From: an uncultured Acidobacteriota bacterium
Lineage (GTDB): Bacteria > Acidobacteriota > Thermoanaerobaculia > Gp7-AA8
Assembly: GCA_963741955.1 (NCBI GenBank)
Contig: CAVUKB010000005.1
Coordinates: 576,001 to 640,000, forward strand
DNA: 64,000 nucleotides
Direction of reading: 5' to 3'
Shown: one piece after another, positions 49,546-60,638 of the stretch
Numbering within the stretch: the stretch's first letter is position 1
Layout of the letters: every line of letters starts with the position of its first letter
Position numbers and translations under genes: made by a program
The notes under the pieces: generated by a model
Databases searched by the model: none
What the model was told of the DNA's origin: nothing
Seen by the model: the letters and a program-made list of their open reading frames with translations, nothing else

Positions 49546-49889
49546 TCGATGTCGAATTCCTGTTCGAAGTCGCCGCCGGGCAACTCCAGCGGTGCTTCAT
49601 CGTCGAATTGGATGACCTCGTGGCCCCTGCCGATCACCCGTGCATCCGTATTCTCTTCCACGAACTCCCCGATTGCCTCGAGGATGCGGTCGACGCTCTT
49701 CGCGTCGCCGGAGACCACTGCGACTGCCAGTCGCGCTCGTTGATGGAGATCCTGGAGTGCGACCTCGGCGACCGAGACTTCGAATCGGTTGCGAAGCCGG
49801 TCGCGGAGGCTCTTCACGATCATCCGCTTCTCTTTGAGAGAATGTGCGTGCGGGATGTGAAGCTCGAATGTCGTAACGCCCACGAACAT
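49542..49889 (-). CDS. DUF503 (YlxP-like) protein
   Basis: SLKEKRMIVKSL...RFEVSVAEV...QDLHQR. Confidence 0.88.
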   Translation of the reverse strand: MFVGVTTFELHIPHAHSLKEKRMIVKSLRDRLRNRFEVSVAEVALQDLHQRARLAVAVVSGDAKSVDRILEAIGEFVEENTDARVIGRGHEVIQFDDEAPLELPGGDFEQEFDIE

Positions 49890-49944
49890 GATGAAACGGG
49901 AGCGTCGCCTCGCGGACGACCGCTCCCGGACCCATCAGCAGAGA

Positions 49945-52872
49945 TCAGCGGAGAACGCCTGCCACCTCTTCGATCTTGAACGCCTCGATGACGTCGCCGG
50001 CCTTGATGTCCTGGAATCGCTCCAGGCCGATTCCGCACTCGAAACCGCTCCGCACTTCGGAGACGTCGTTCTTGAAGTGCCGGAGGGACTGGATCTTTCC
50101 TTCGTACACGACCTTGTTGTCGCGGAGCAGCCGGACCTGCGCCGTGCGCGGAATGATCCCTTCCGTGACGTGGCAGCCGGCGATCGTTCCAGCCTTCGGC
50201 ACCTTGAACGTGTCGCGGACTTCCGCCCGTCCCTGGAAAACCTCCTGCTGGGTCGGCTCGAGCAGTCCGGTCATCGCCAGCCGGATCTCGTCGGTCAGCT
50301 GGTAGATGACGGTATGGAGCCGGATGTCGACGCCTTCCTTTTCCGCGAGGTCCGAAGCGTTTCTCTCAGGACGGACATTGAAGCCGACCACGATCGCATC
50401 CGACGCAGTGGCCAGGAGGACATCGTTGGTCGAGACCGCTCCGACCGACGCGTGAAGGATGTTGATCTTCACCTCATCGGTGGAGAGCTTCTGCAGTGTA
50501 TCGGTCAGCACCTCGACGGAACCCTGGACATCCGCCTTGAGGATGAGGTTGAGGTCCTTGGTGGCCCCGGCCTGCATCTGCTCGAACAGCTGATCGAGCG
50601 AGACGCGACGGCGGGTCTGCATCGCTTCCTCACGCGCCTTCTCCTGACGGAGCTCGACGATCGCGCGAGCCTTCGACTCCTCGTCGATCACGATGAACGA
50701 GTCGCCCGCATTCGGCACTTCGTCGAAGCCGGTCACGCTGACCGGAGTCGACGGCGGAGCTTCCTTGATCCGTTCGCCGCGGTCGTCGGTCATCGCACGG
50801 ACTTTGCCGGTCGCAAGTCCCGAGATGAAGAGATCGCCGATCCGGAGGACGCCGTCCTGAACCAGGACGTTGGCCACGATTCCGCGTCCGGCTTCCTTCC
50901 GCGCTTCCAGCACCGCACCGCGTGCCGGGAGTCCGGGGGTCGCCTTCAGCTCGAGCATCTCCGCGGTGAGGAGAATCATCTCCAGCAGATCGTCGATGCC
51001 CTGCTTCTTCAGCGCGGAGACTTCCACGGAGACCACTTCTCCGCCCCACTGTTCGACGAGGACACCGGCGTCGCCGAGCTCGCGCCGGACCCGGTCGATG
51101 TTCGCGTTGGGTTTGTCGATCTTGTTGATCGCCACGATCAGCGGCACGTTCGCGGCGCGCGCGTGGTCGATCGCTTCGCGGGTCTGCGGCATCACGCCGT
51201 CATCGGCGGCGACCACCAGAATGACGATGTCCGTGACCTTCGCACCCCGGGCACGCATGAGGGTGAACGCTTCGTGACCCGGCGTATCGAGGAAGACGAT
51301 CTTCTGACCGCGCTTCTCCACCGCGTACGCGCCGATGTGCTGGGTGATCCCACCCGCCTCACCGCCGGCGACGTTGGTCTCCCGGATCGCGTCGAGCAGC
51401 GACGTCTTGCCGTGGTCGACGTGACCCATCACGGTGATCACCGGAGCACGTCCACCGGTTTCCAGTCCTTCGGTATTCGAAGCCTTTTCCATCGTCTCGA
51501 TCTCGAGGGCGTCTTCGAACGAAACGACCTCCGCGTCGATGCCGAGCTCGCGCGCAATCTCGAGCGCGAGGTCCGCACCGAGAGGCGCGTTGATCGAGAG
51601 CATCATTCCCTTCTTCATCAGGAGATGCTTCATCAGGTCGTTCGCCTTCACTCCGAGCTTGTCGGCGAGGTCCTTCACCGTGACGCCTTCAGTGAGGGTC
51701 ACGGTTCCAGCCGGCTTTTCGAAGCTCAGCACCTTCGCCGTCACCGGCGCACTCTGCTTCCGCATGTCACGTCTGGTGGAGGGGGTATGCGGACGCGCGA
51801 CATCTTCCTCCATCTCCGTCGCTTCGGTGACCCGGGTGCTCACTTCGATGCCGTCTTCGTCGAGCACCTCGTGAGCCGAGAACGGTCCCTTGCTGAAGAT
51901 CTCGGTTCCATCCGGAGCGGCGGCCGGCGCGCGTTTGCCACGCTTGCCGGTGGTTTTCTTCTTGTCGAATCTCTCGTCCTCGTCCTCGGTCCGCTTGCGG
52001 CGGAACGAGCCGGGGGCCGGAGCACCGGTGGGAGGCGGCGCCATCGGCACGCCGGGACGTCCGGGGCCAGTACGGCCGGCAGGACGCGGAGCACCAGGGC
52101 GCGGCGGAACACCCGGACGGGATGCCGGGCTGCCGGGACGCACAGTCCGTCCTTCCGCTCCACGTGTCGCAGCACCGCTGCGATTGTCTGTACTCGGAAT
52201 CGCGACGCGCGGCTGGTTCGCGTAATTCGGTCGGGGACCCTGAGCCGCGCGTGCACGCGGACCAGTCGGTCCGGTGAGTCGCCGTCCCGGAGCCTTTCCT
52301 GCCGCGGGCGGCTTGGCGGCCGCCTTCGACGGAGCGGCCGGTTTCTCGGCTTCCGGTTCCGGTGCGGCAGCAGCTTCCGGTGCGGCCGCAGCTTCTTCCT
52401 TCTTCTCTTCGGCCGGGGCAGCAGCTGCAGCTTTCGCTTCGGCGGCGGCCTTCTTCTTCTCGGCGGCGGCCTTCTTCTTCGCTTCGGCAGCTTCCTGAGC
52501 AGCGCGCATTTCCTGCTCTGCGGCTTCTGCCTCCGCAGCTTGCAGGAACTCGGGAATGATCGGCGCAGAGCTCTCCGTCGGAGCAGGTTCGGGGGCTGCT
52601 TCCTTCGGGACCCGCCTGGGCGGGTTGATGATGGGGCGCGGCGGACGCACCTCACGCCGCTTCTGTTCCTGCTGCGGCTGCTCCTCGCGCATGATCACCG
52701 CGCGCGGACGTGCCGCTATCTTCTTCCCGGAAACGATGGCGGCGATCATCCGCGGATCGATCGTCGATCGCGGACTGTCTACCTCCACCCCGAGGGACTG
52801 AAGCTTGAAAATGAGGTCCTTGTCGGATACCCCCATCTGCTTCGCCAAATCAGTGACCCGAACCTTTGCCAT
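49945..52872 (-). CDS. infB: Translation initiation factor IF-2
   Basis: [31 protein letters not shown]. Confidence 0.97.
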   Translation of the reverse strand: MAKVRVTDLAKQMGVSDKDLIFKLQSLGVEVDSPRSTIDPRMIAAIVSGKKIAARPRAVIMREEQPQQEQKRREVRPPRPIINPPRRVPKEAAPEPAPTESSAPIIPEFLQAAEAEAAEQEMRAAQEAAEAKKKAAAEKKKAAAEAKAAAAAPAEEKKEEAAAAPEAAAAPEPEAEKPAAPSKAAAKPPAAGKAPGRRLTGPTGPRARAAQGPRPNYANQPRVAIPSTDNRSGAATRGAEGRTVRPGSPASRPGVPPRPGAPRPAGRTGPGRPGVPMAPPPTGAPAPGSFRRKRTEDEDERFDKKKTTGKRGKRAPAAAPDGTEIFSKGPFSAHEVLDEDGIEVSTRVTEATEMEEDVARPHTPSTRRDMRKQSAPVTAKVLSFEKPAGTVTLTEGVTVKDLADKLGVKANDLMKHLLMKKGMMLSINAPLGADLALEIARELGIDAEVVSFEDALEIETMEKASNTEGLETGGRAPVITVMGHVDHGKTSLLDAIRETNVAGGEAGGITQHIGAYAVEKRGQKIVFLDTPGHEAFTLMRARGAKVTDIVILVVAADDGVMPQTREAIDHARAANVPLIVAINKIDKPNANIDRVRRELGDAGVLVEQWGGEVVSVEVSALKKQGIDDLLEMILLTAEMLELKATPGLPARGAVLEARKEAGRGIVANVLVQDGVLRIGDLFISGLATGKVRAMTDDRGERIKEAPPSTPVSVTGFDEVPNAGDSFIVIDEESKARAIVELRQEKAREEAMQTRRRVSLDQLFEQMQAGATKDLNLILKADVQGSVEVLTDTLQKLSTDEVKINILHASVGAVSTNDVLLATASDAIVVGFNVRPERNASDLAEKEGVDIRLHTVIYQLTDEIRLAMTGLLEPTQQEVFQGRAEVRDTFKVPKAGTIAGCHVTEGIIPRTAQVRLLRDNKVVYEGKIQSLRHFKNDVSEVRSGFECGIGLERFQDIKAGDVIEAFKIEEVAGVLR

Positions 52873-52914
52873 TCGTATCTAGCTCCTTGAGAACACTCCC
52901 GACACAATTCACGT

Positions 52915-54573
52915 TTACTGTTTCATTTCTTCCTCGACGGTCTCACCGTCCGGCTTTTCCGAAACGGCAGATGGTTTCTCCTGCTCCACCGTCGCCGCGG
53001 CGCTCGTTTCGGCCTCGGCTTCGGGCTCCTCCGCCTCGGCTTCGGCTTCGCCTTCCTCGGCACCTTCCAGCGACTCTTCCTCTTCCGGTTCTTCTGCGAC
53101 TTCCGGGTTCAGAACGTCCACCAGAGTCGCCGTTTCGTCCGACTGCATCACGAACGAATCGTGCTGGGCGGCGACCTCGATGATCTGCGCAGCGGTCTCT
53201 TCGTCGATCCCTTCGATCTGGGTGAGATCGTCGACCGACGCGTTCAGGATCGAGTCGAGATCGTCGTAGCCGGCCTGGTCGAGCATGTCGGCCAGTTCCG
53301 GTTCCAGTCCATCGACTTCGTGGATGTCGGTTGCCGCGCGAGCCTCCGCCATCGCTTCCTGAAGCATCTGCGCGAGCGCATCGGCGACTTCGCCCTTGAC
53401 CTCTTCCTCGGACTTGATGTCGATCTTCGCTCCGATCAGCTCCGCCGCGAGACGGACGTTCAGGCCCCGCCTTCCGATGGCCAGCGACAACTGGTCGTTG
53501 TCGACGATGACGTCGAGATGCGGCCGATGCGCCGATTCATCCGACGTGACGCTCACGCGGGTGATCTTCGCCGGCGCCAGAGAGTTCTGTGCGTAGACGA
53601 CGATGTCTTCGTGCCACGGGATGATGTCGATCTTTTCTCCGCGCAGTTCGCGGATGATCGACTGCACCCGGCTTCCCTTCATTCCGACGCACGCGCCGAC
53701 CGGATCGACGTCGCGCTCTCGCGACCAGACCGCGATCTTCGCCCGTTCTCCCGGCTCCCGAACCGCACCTTTGATCACCACGGTGCCGTCGTAGATCTCC
53801 GGAACTTCCATCTCGAACAGACGGATCAGCAGGCGTGAGTCGGTCCGCGAGAGAACGACCTGCGGTCCTTTCGGCTGCGTGTGGACGTCGACGATCACCG
53901 CCTTGATCCGGTCGCCCTGGGAGTAACGCTCCGCACGCGACTGATGGACCCTGGGGATGATCCCCTCGGTCTTTCCATTCAGGTCGATGATCATGTCGCC
54001 GCGCTCGAAGCGCTTGACGTACCCGTTCTCCAGCTCGCCCACCTTGTCGGCGAACTCGACATAGATCTTCTCGCGCTCGGCCTCGCGCACTTTCTGGTAA
54101 AGAACCTGTTTCGCGGACTGCGCCGCAATGCGCCCGAGCTCCTCCGGAGGCTTGGTCAGCGGGATCTCGATGTCGTCTCCCGGCTCGACCTTCGGGTCGA
54201 TCTTCCGCGCTTCGTAAGCGCGGATCTCAGTGAGCGGATCCGACACCACGTCCACCACCGCCTTGATGATGTATGGGAGCTCGATGGTCCCTCCGGCTTC
54301 GGCATTCGGATCGAGCTTCTGCGCCTCTTCCACGGTCAGCTGCTCGAGAGGCTCTTCGATCTCCTCGGGATCCGCGACCACCTGCTTGATGACCCGGACC
54401 ACCACGGCACCGGTCTCACGGTCGAGGGTCGCAACGATCGGCTCCCGGGTCTTGTAGTACTTGCGCGCCGCAGTCGACAGTGCGTCCTCGAGAGCCGAGA
54501 AGACCCTCTCGACGTCGATCGCCTTCTCGTGCGCCAGCGCCCGAATGTCTCTTCCGATGTTTTCACTGAACAT
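52915..54573 (-). CDS. nusA: Transcription termination/antitermination factor NusA
   Basis: GRIAAQSAKQV, DPVGACVGMKGSRV, LAIGRRGLNVRLA. Confidence 0.96.
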   Translation of the reverse strand: MFSENIGRDIRALAHEKAIDVERVFSALEDALSTAARKYYKTREPIVATLDRETGAVVVRVIKQVVADPEEIEEPLEQLTVEEAQKLDPNAEAGGTIELPYIIKAVVDVVSDPLTEIRAYEARKIDPKVEPGDDIEIPLTKPPEELGRIAAQSAKQVLYQKVREAEREKIYVEFADKVGELENGYVKRFERGDMIIDLNGKTEGIIPRVHQSRAERYSQGDRIKAVIVDVHTQPKGPQVVLSRTDSRLLIRLFEMEVPEIYDGTVVIKGAVREPGERAKIAVWSRERDVDPVGACVGMKGSRVQSIIRELRGEKIDIIPWHEDIVVYAQNSLAPAKITRVSVTSDESAHRPHLDVIVDNDQLSLAIGRRGLNVRLAAELIGAKIDIKSEEEVKGEVADALAQMLQEAMAEARAATDIHEVDGLEPELADMLDQAGYDDLDSILNASVDDLTQIEGIDEETAAQIIEVAAQHDSFVMQSDETATLVDVLNPEVAEEPEEEESLEGAEEGEAEAEAEEPEAEAETSAAATVEQEKPSAVSEKPDGETVEEEMKQ

Positions 54574-54588
54574 GTTCTTTTCTGCTCC

Positions 54589-55053
54589 TCAGATCTCCAC
54601 TTCCAGCCTCGTCTCTTTCACGTCCGCCAGGTCGATCTCGTACATGGGATCCTTTTTCGCCTTCGGGTCCCTCACCACGATCCTCGACCCGTCGAAGGAT
54701 TCGAGATATCCGACGACGACGTGCAGACCTCTGACCGCCCTGGTCGTTCGCACTCGAACCAGCCGGCCCAGGAACTTCTCGTAATCCGAGTCCTTGTAGA
54801 ACTTCCGATCCAGTCCCGGTGACGACACCTGAAGCTCGTACGCTCCGGGGACGACATCCTCGACGTCGAGGTACGCACTCAACTGATCCGATACCAGCTG
54901 ACAGTCTGCGAGCGTCACCCCTTCCTCCTTGTCGATATCGACCCGGAGGAGAAAATCCCGTCCCGCCCGCCGGTACTCGATGTGAACCATCTCGTATCCC
55001 TCGGATGTGACGATTTTTTCGATTCCTTCGCTCACTCGAGTCGGTAGTTCCAT
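54589..55053 (-). CDS. rimP: Ribosome maturation factor RimP
   Basis: GVTLADC...YELQVSSPGLDR. Confidence 0.95.
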   Translation of the reverse strand: MELPTRVSEGIEKIVTSEGYEMVHIEYRRAGRDFLLRVDIDKEEGVTLADCQLVSDQLSAYLDVEDVVPGAYELQVSSPGLDRKFYKDSDYEKFLGRLVRVRTTRAVRGLHVVVGYLESFDGSRIVVRDPKAKKDPMYEIDLADVKETRLEVEI

Positions 55054-55066
55054 TCGTTACGGCAAT

Positions 55067-55093
55067 AAAAAAAGCGGCCTTTTCGGCCGCTTT
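55067..55093 (-). promoter_or_regulatory. rimP leader terminator-like hairpin
   Basis: AAAGCGGCC-GAAA-AGGCCGCTTTTTTT on the minus strand, 13 nt before the rimP start. Confidence 0.7.
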
Positions 55094-55321
55094 CGATGAT
55101 TTCGAAAGCTGTCGAGCGCATCCTATCACGCTGCGCCGCAATCCTACAACAGAACCGCCCAGTGGACGATTCCGACGATTCCGCGGACACTTCGTGGATG
55201 TCGGGTGGCCTAGGAGTGTCGAAAACCGCACTCTTCCGGCGGACATTCCAGAGCGCTCAGTCGGGGAAGGGCCGCATCCAGACGGATACGGCCCTTCCAT
55301 AGACAAGCTCTTCAGCAGACT

Positions 55322-56308
55322 TCAGGGATGGTTGACCATCCGATGGGGCGCTTTCGCACCGAACACGCAGGTCACGTCGAGCGCCTGCGAGAACTGCGCT
55401 TCGAGCGTGGTCGGGTCGCTGGTGACGTTGTCGAGCATCGAGCCGTAGGCGAGATAGCCGGGGCATCCATCTTCACACCCCGCCGGAGGAGTCGCAACCG
55501 GTGTGGCGGTCAGCTGCTGGATCACCACGAACGCGCCCGAACCGGCGAACCCGGGGAAGAAGTTGGTGACCGGCTGCTGAGTGTGTGCCAGCGGTCCGAG
55601 GCTCACCAGAGCCGGAGCGCCGACCACGTTCCCCGAGGCGTCGAACAGCGTCAGTTGCAGCTGGGTCGACGAGAACTGGGAAGAATTCACCAGGCCGATG
55701 TTGGTGCGGTAGCCGCTGACTCCGACCGCTCCGGTGTTGCGGATTCCGGTGATGAACACCTTGTCCAGACCGAGGTTCGCGGAGTTCATCGAGTTGTAGA
55801 GGTACCAGGGAATCCCGGGGAACAGCTGGCCGAACGTGCTGACCGAGCCGTCGCCCGCCGTGACCTGATTGTAAATTCGGCCTTCGACCGTGATCAGCTC
55901 GCAGTCCGCCGGATTGGTGTCGCAATCCGAACAGTCACCGCCGGTGCGGCACGCGAAGAAGATCAGGTACCCATTCGCGGAGTCGAGATTGAGCAGAGAC
56001 TTCGCCACGTCGACGTACTCGCGTCTCTCGCCCGGTGCGAGCGGGGTCGGGAGCTTGATCGCACTCGCCGGAAGGGCCGAATTGTCGTTGGTGGCGCCGG
56101 TCGGCAAGTACGCGACCCAGACGTCGACCGTCTGCGTGCTCACATTCGAAATGAAAACATCAGTGACGAAGAACGCTCCACCGCCACCACCGGTCCTCGC
56201 AACGGCCGGCAGATAGACCTGATCCGCCGCCCGAAACTCGCCGGCGATGCTGCTCGTCGCGACCAGCAGCAATCCGACGACGATCATTACTTTCCATACA
56301 TTCCGCAT
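55322..56308 (-). CDS. Secreted hypothetical protein
   Basis: Signal peptide MRNVWKVMIVVGLLLVATSSIA; YRTNIGLVN, YGSMLDNVTSDPT. Confidence 0.75.
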   Translation of the reverse strand: MRNVWKVMIVVGLLLVATSSIAGEFRAADQVYLPAVARTGGGGGAFFVTDVFISNVSTQTVDVWVAYLPTGATNDNSALPASAIKLPTPLAPGERREYVDVAKSLLNLDSANGYLIFFACRTGGDCSDCDTNPADCELITVEGRIYNQVTAGDGSVSTFGQLFPGIPWYLYNSMNSANLGLDKVFITGIRNTGAVGVSGYRTNIGLVNSSQFSSTQLQLTLFDASGNVVGAPALVSLGPLAHTQQPVTNFFPGFAGSGAFVVIQQLTATPVATPPAGCEDGCPGYLAYGSMLDNVTSDPTTLEAQFSQALDVTCVFGAKAPHRMVNHP

Positions 56309-56533
56309 AGGTTCCCCTTCTCTCGAGAATCTCGACTCTCGTCGTAATACGAGCGAAATCGCTTTTCCGTCCAGCGAGATTGTACCGTTGCTCGTCTGAG
56401 GTGCAAAGGACGTGATCACGAATGAACCCAGATTCTACCCGTGAGTGACTCCGTCCGAACCGGTTTTTTCACCCTTGTCACAAATTCCGCTCCGCCAGCG
56501 ACCTTCTCCCCTCATCCCCTATACTCGGCTCGC

Positions 56534-57487
56534 ATGCCACAGCAGAAGGAAACGATCGTCCCACCCTTCTTGGACGGCCAGCGACTCGACGGGTCACTGG
56601 CGAAGCTCTTCCCAGAGCACTCACGCAGCTTTCTCGCCAGACTGATCGAGGAGGGAGAGGTCGAGATCGACGGAATCGCAGCGTCGAAACGCTCCGTCCC
56701 ACTCACGGCGGGTCAGCGGATCGTGATCCGGATCCCTGAACCCGTGAGCTCGTCCGTCGCCTCCGAGGAGATCCCGATCGCGATTCTCTTCGAAGACTCC
56801 GAGATCGCAGTGATCGAGAAACCGGCCGGACTGGTGGTTCACCCCTCGGCGGGTCATGCCGCGGGGACTCTCGTCAACGCGCTCCTGTTTCACGTGCACG
56901 ACCTGAGCGGAGTGGGCGGCGAGCTCCGGCCCGGAATCGTGCATCGGCTCGACAAGGACACCAGCGGACTGATGGTGATCGCGAAGAACGATCGCGCCCA
57001 CCGCGCACTGACGGAACAGTGGTCGACTCCTGCAGTGCGGAAGGAGTACCTCGCGCTCGTGTACGGCCATCCGCGCGAGAGCGGCGGGTCCATCGATCAG
57101 CCTATCGGCCGCGATCCTCACGACAGGAAGCGGATGGCCGTCGTCACGAGGGGGCGCCCCGCGGTCACCGATTGGAAGCTCGAGCAGACCTACCGCTACG
57201 CATCACTTCTGCGATGCGTGCTCCGAACCGGGCGGACCCATCAGATCCGGGTTCACCTCAAAGCGCTCGGGCACCCGATCATCGGCGATCCCGTCTACTC
57301 GGGACCTCAGTGGAAAGGGATTCCCGACCGGAAACTCCAGAAAGTGATCGCGCACGTCGGCCGCCAGGCCCTTCATGCGGCGGTCCTGATCTTCGATCAC
57401 CCCGTCAGCGGTGAGAGGATGCGATTCGAATCGCCCCTTCCGGAGGATCTGCAGGAAGTCATCGACGTCCTTCGCCAGGTCGAATGA
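56534..57487 (+). CDS. rluD: RluA/RluD family pseudouridine synthase
   Basis: S4 domain, KPAGLVVHP, GIVHRLDKDTSG, TGRTHQIRVH. Confidence 0.9.
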   Translation: MPQQKETIVPPFLDGQRLDGSLAKLFPEHSRSFLARLIEEGEVEIDGIAASKRSVPLTAGQRIVIRIPEPVSSSVASEEIPIAILFEDSEIAVIEKPAGLVVHPSAGHAAGTLVNALLFHVHDLSGVGGELRPGIVHRLDKDTSGLMVIAKNDRAHRALTEQWSTPAVRKEYLALVYGHPRESGGSIDQPIGRDPHDRKRMAVVTRGRPAVTDWKLEQTYRYASLLRCVLRTGRTHQIRVHLKALGHPIIGDPVYSGPQWKGIPDRKLQKVIAHVGRQALHAAVLIFDHPVSGERMRFESPLPEDLQEVIDVLRQVE

Positions 57488-57555
57488 GCGCGACGCCACC
57501 GCCTCCGGAGCAGACGGACGCTCGCAGCGCCGGCGAGTCCCTTTCGGCGCTCGAG

Positions 57556-58806
57556 TCACCCCGCGATGATGCCTGCGAGCGTCGCAGTCATGAACGTCGC
57601 GATCGTCCCACCGAGCAGCGCGCGCATTCCGAGTCTCGCCAGATCCTGCTTGCGCGTCGGAGCCAGACCGCCGATGCCGCCGATCTGAATTCCGATCGAG
57701 GAGAGATTCGCGAATCCGCAGAGAGCGAACGTCGCGATCATCTTCGCCTTCGGTGAGAGGACGGCCTGGATCTTCGCCAGATCGATGTACGCGACGAATT
57801 CGTTGAGCACCAGCTTCGTGCCGAACAGCTGTCCGACCGCGAGAGAGTCTTTCGCCGGCACACCCATGATCAGCGCGACCCAGCGGAACAGCTGCCCGAA
57901 GATCCAGTTCAACGTCAAGCCGGGAAATCCGATGTGCCGTCCGATCCACATCAGACCGCCGTCGGCCATGGAGATGATCGCGATGAACGCGATCAGCATG
58001 GCGAGGATGTTGATCACCAGAATGGCGCCCTGTCCCGCCCCGGCTGCTGCGGCGTCAATCACGTTCACGTGAGTCTTCTCGACGTTCAGCGTCACCTTTC
58101 CCGCCGTGACCGATTTCTCCTTCTCCGGGAAAAGAACCTTCGCGATCAGGAGCGACGCCGGCGCTGCCATCACGCTTCCCGCGAGAAGGTATCGCGCGTC
58201 GATGCCGAGATTGATGTACGCGCCGAGAACCGCGCCGGAGACCGTCGCCATCCCTCCGATCATCAGCGCGAGAAGCTCGGACATGGTCATGGTCGGAATG
58301 TACGGCGCGATGACGATCGGAGCTTCGGTCTGTCCCATGAAGACGTTCGCGGCGGAACCGAGCGATTCAGAACCGGACGTCCCCATCGTCTTCGCCATCA
58401 GAATCGCCATCCCTTTCACCACCCGCTGCATGATCCCGAGGTGGTAGAGGATGGTGAAGATCGAGGAGATGAAGATCACGATCGGCATGACCACGAATGC
58501 GAAGACGATCGAGCCGACCGGCTCGTGTCCGGGGATCTTGTTCAGGAAGGTCTGATCGCTGGCCAGCCAGCCGAAGACGAAGCTCGACCCCTGACCGGCG
58601 TAGTTGATGACGTTGGTGACGAAATCGGCGATCTGCTTCAGGACCCATTGTCCGAACGGCCAGCGCAGCACCGCCAGAGCGAAGACCACCTGCAGCACCA
58701 CTCCCCAACCCACCGTGCGCCATCGGATCGCGCGGCGGTCGGCCGAAAAGAGATACGCGAGCCCGAAGAGGAAGAGGATTCCGATGATTCCGATGAAGCG
58801 GTCCAT
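57556..58806 (-). CDS. nupC: NupC/CNT family nucleoside transporter
   Basis: FMGQTEAP, KLVLNEFVAY, FALCGFAN. Confidence 0.92.
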   Translation of the reverse strand: MDRFIGIIGILFLFGLAYLFSADRRAIRWRTVGWGVVLQVVFALAVLRWPFGQWVLKQIADFVTNVINYAGQGSSFVFGWLASDQTFLNKIPGHEPVGSIVFAFVVMPIVIFISSIFTILYHLGIMQRVVKGMAILMAKTMGTSGSESLGSAANVFMGQTEAPIVIAPYIPTMTMSELLALMIGGMATVSGAVLGAYINLGIDARYLLAGSVMAAPASLLIAKVLFPEKEKSVTAGKVTLNVEKTHVNVIDAAAAGAGQGAILVINILAMLIAFIAIISMADGGLMWIGRHIGFPGLTLNWIFGQLFRWVALIMGVPAKDSLAVGQLFGTKLVLNEFVAYIDLAKIQAVLSPKAKMIATFALCGFANLSSIGIQIGGIGGLAPTRKQDLARLGMRALLGGTIATFMTATLAGIIAG

Positions 58807-58970
58807 TAGTCTCCGATCCGTCGGTCCGGGCAGAGCTGCTGCCGCGATTCACGTCCTCGTGAATCACCGGCTGGCGCGACCATCTGGATGGACACTCTCC
58901 TGCCGAAGCCTGCTGCGTCGAGGTTTTCCCCGATCCGGACCGAGAGAGGATACCGAAGAACGTGGCGGAC

Positions 58971-59810
58971 TCAACGACTTTTTTGGACGGTCACGCCGCT
59001 GAAACGCTCCAGCAGCGCGAGCACCAGTCCGGTGAACTCCCGCTCGACCCGCCTGGTCGTCTCGATCACCTCGGAATGGGTCAGCTTTCGCGGCAGGATT
59101 CCCGCCGCCATATTCGTGATGCACGAGATGCCGAGAACCGGCACCTGCATGTGTGAGAGCGCGATCACTTCCGGCACCGTCGACATCCCGACCGCGTCCG
59201 CACCGAGCACCCGGCAGGCGCGAATCTCCGCCGGCGTTTCGTAGCTCGGACCCGACACGGCGATGTAGACGCCTTCCTTCAGACCAAGCCCCATCCCTTC
59301 CGCAATCTCCCTCGCCACGCGGCGCAGTTCCGCAGGGTAGGCTTCGGTCATGTCGGGAAAACGGACTCCGAGCTCTTCGCGATTCGCTCCCCGCAGCGGA
59401 TTCACACCGAGAAAGTTGATGTGATCCGAGATGAGCATCAGGTCGCCCGGGCGGAAGTCGGGGTTCACCCCGCCGGCGGCGTTGGTCACGATCACCAACT
59501 CGGCACCGAGGCGTGCCAGGAGCCGCGGGAGGAAGACCACGTCCTCGAGTGAGTGTCCCTCGTAGTAGTGCACTCTCCCCTGCATCACGGCAACCGCGGA
59601 ATCGCCGCTGCGGCCCAGCACCAGACGGCCGGAGTGGCCGACCACGGACGACGTCTCCGCGTGCGGAATCTCCTCGTACGGAATCGATGTCTCGATCTCG
59701 AGAGCATCGACGACGTTCCCGAGGCCCGAGCCGAGAATCACCCCGATGCGGGGACGGAGTTTCGAGCGCGAGTGGACGAGCTCGGCCGCTTCTGTGAGCT
59801 TCTCGATCAT
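58971..59810 (-). CDS. Purine nucleoside phosphorylase (trimeric type)
   Basis: ILGSGLG, QGRVHYYEG, GPSYETPAE, VGMSTVPE. Confidence 0.93.
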   Translation of the reverse strand: MIEKLTEAAELVHSRSKLRPRIGVILGSGLGNVVDALEIETSIPYEEIPHAETSSVVGHSGRLVLGRSGDSAVAVMQGRVHYYEGHSLEDVVFLPRLLARLGAELVIVTNAAGGVNPDFRPGDLMLISDHINFLGVNPLRGANREELGVRFPDMTEAYPAELRRVAREIAEGMGLGLKEGVYIAVSGPSYETPAEIRACRVLGADAVGMSTVPEVIALSHMQVPVLGISCITNMAAGILPRKLTHSEVIETTRRVEREFTGLVLALLERFSGVTVQKSR

Positions 59811-59883
59811 CCGGCGGATTATACCGATGTCGGATGGCGGATGGCGGATGGCCGAAGTGGGATGGCGTATGGCCGATCGGGAG

Positions 59884-60228
59884 TTACTTGTGGCTTCCCG
59901 CGACGTACTTCACCACCCGCACCTTCTCCATGGTGACCAACCCCTCGGTGACCATCTCGTCGAGGATGGGAAGGAGGCGATCGATGTGCTCGGACGAGTC
60001 GACGATCTCGATCACCACTGGAAGATCTTCCGACAGCCGGAGAATGTTCGAGGTATGCAGAACGCTGTGCGCGCCGAAACCCGCAACGCCGTGAAACACC
60101 GTTGCGCCGGCGAAACCCTCGCGCCGGAGCCGCTCGAGAAGAGCCGTGGAGAGAGGCTGGTGATGCCACCGGTCGGATTCTCCGATGAAGACACGGACGA
60201 GGACTTGCTCACCATCGAGCGCTCGCAT
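59884..60228 (-). CDS. DUF190 (PII-like) protein
   Basis: RVFIGESD...AGATVFHGVAGFG...LSEDLPVVIEIVD; adjacent to crcB. Confidence 0.9.
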   Translation of the reverse strand: MRALDGEQVLVRVFIGESDRWHHQPLSTALLERLRREGFAGATVFHGVAGFGAHSVLHTSNILRLSEDLPVVIEIVDSSEHIDRLLPILDEMVTEGLVTMEKVRVVKYVAGSHK

Positions 60229-60246
60229 GGTCGACTCTCCTTTCGA

Positions 60247-60624
60247 TCAGCCGACGATCCACCGCGCCAGGGCGAATCCGAGAACGCCGGCAACCAGACA
60301 ACTCACCGCGGTTCCGATGAGGTTCACCAGGCCGAGCCCCCACGCTCCTTCCTGAAAATAGCGGAGTGACTCGTAGTTGAACGTCGAATAGGTGGTGAAT
60401 CCTCCCATCGCTCCGGTGGTCAGAGTGAGTCGCAGAGTTGCGGACATCACCTCCGTCTCAGTGCCGATGACCATCAGAAACGCGAGGAGGAACGATCCCA
60501 CCACATTGACGATCAGGGTTCCCCAGGGGAAAAACGGCCCAAGCGCGTTGAGCGCAAGCCCCGCGATCAGGTATCGGGCGCCCGAGCCGAACGCACCACC
60601 GACACAGACCCAGAAGAAACGCAT
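60247..60624 (-). CDS. crcB: Fluoride efflux channel
   Basis: GGAFGSGARY, PWGTLIVN, TGAMGGFTTYSTF. Confidence 0.93.
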   Translation of the reverse strand: MRFFWVCVGGAFGSGARYLIAGLALNALGPFFPWGTLIVNVVGSFLLAFLMVIGTETEVMSATLRLTLTTGAMGGFTTYSTFNYESLRYFQEGAWGLGLVNLIGTAVSCLVAGVLGFALARWIVG

Positions 60625-60638
60625 CGACGAGAGTCTAA

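Noticed and set aside
49888-52890. 1000-aa plus-strand ORF and similar long antisense ORFs (2679-4652, 30281-32113, 44103-46304)
   Set aside because: Shadow frames opposite clear genes (infB, lpdA, hsdR, pnp) in high-GC DNA, with no recognisable motifs
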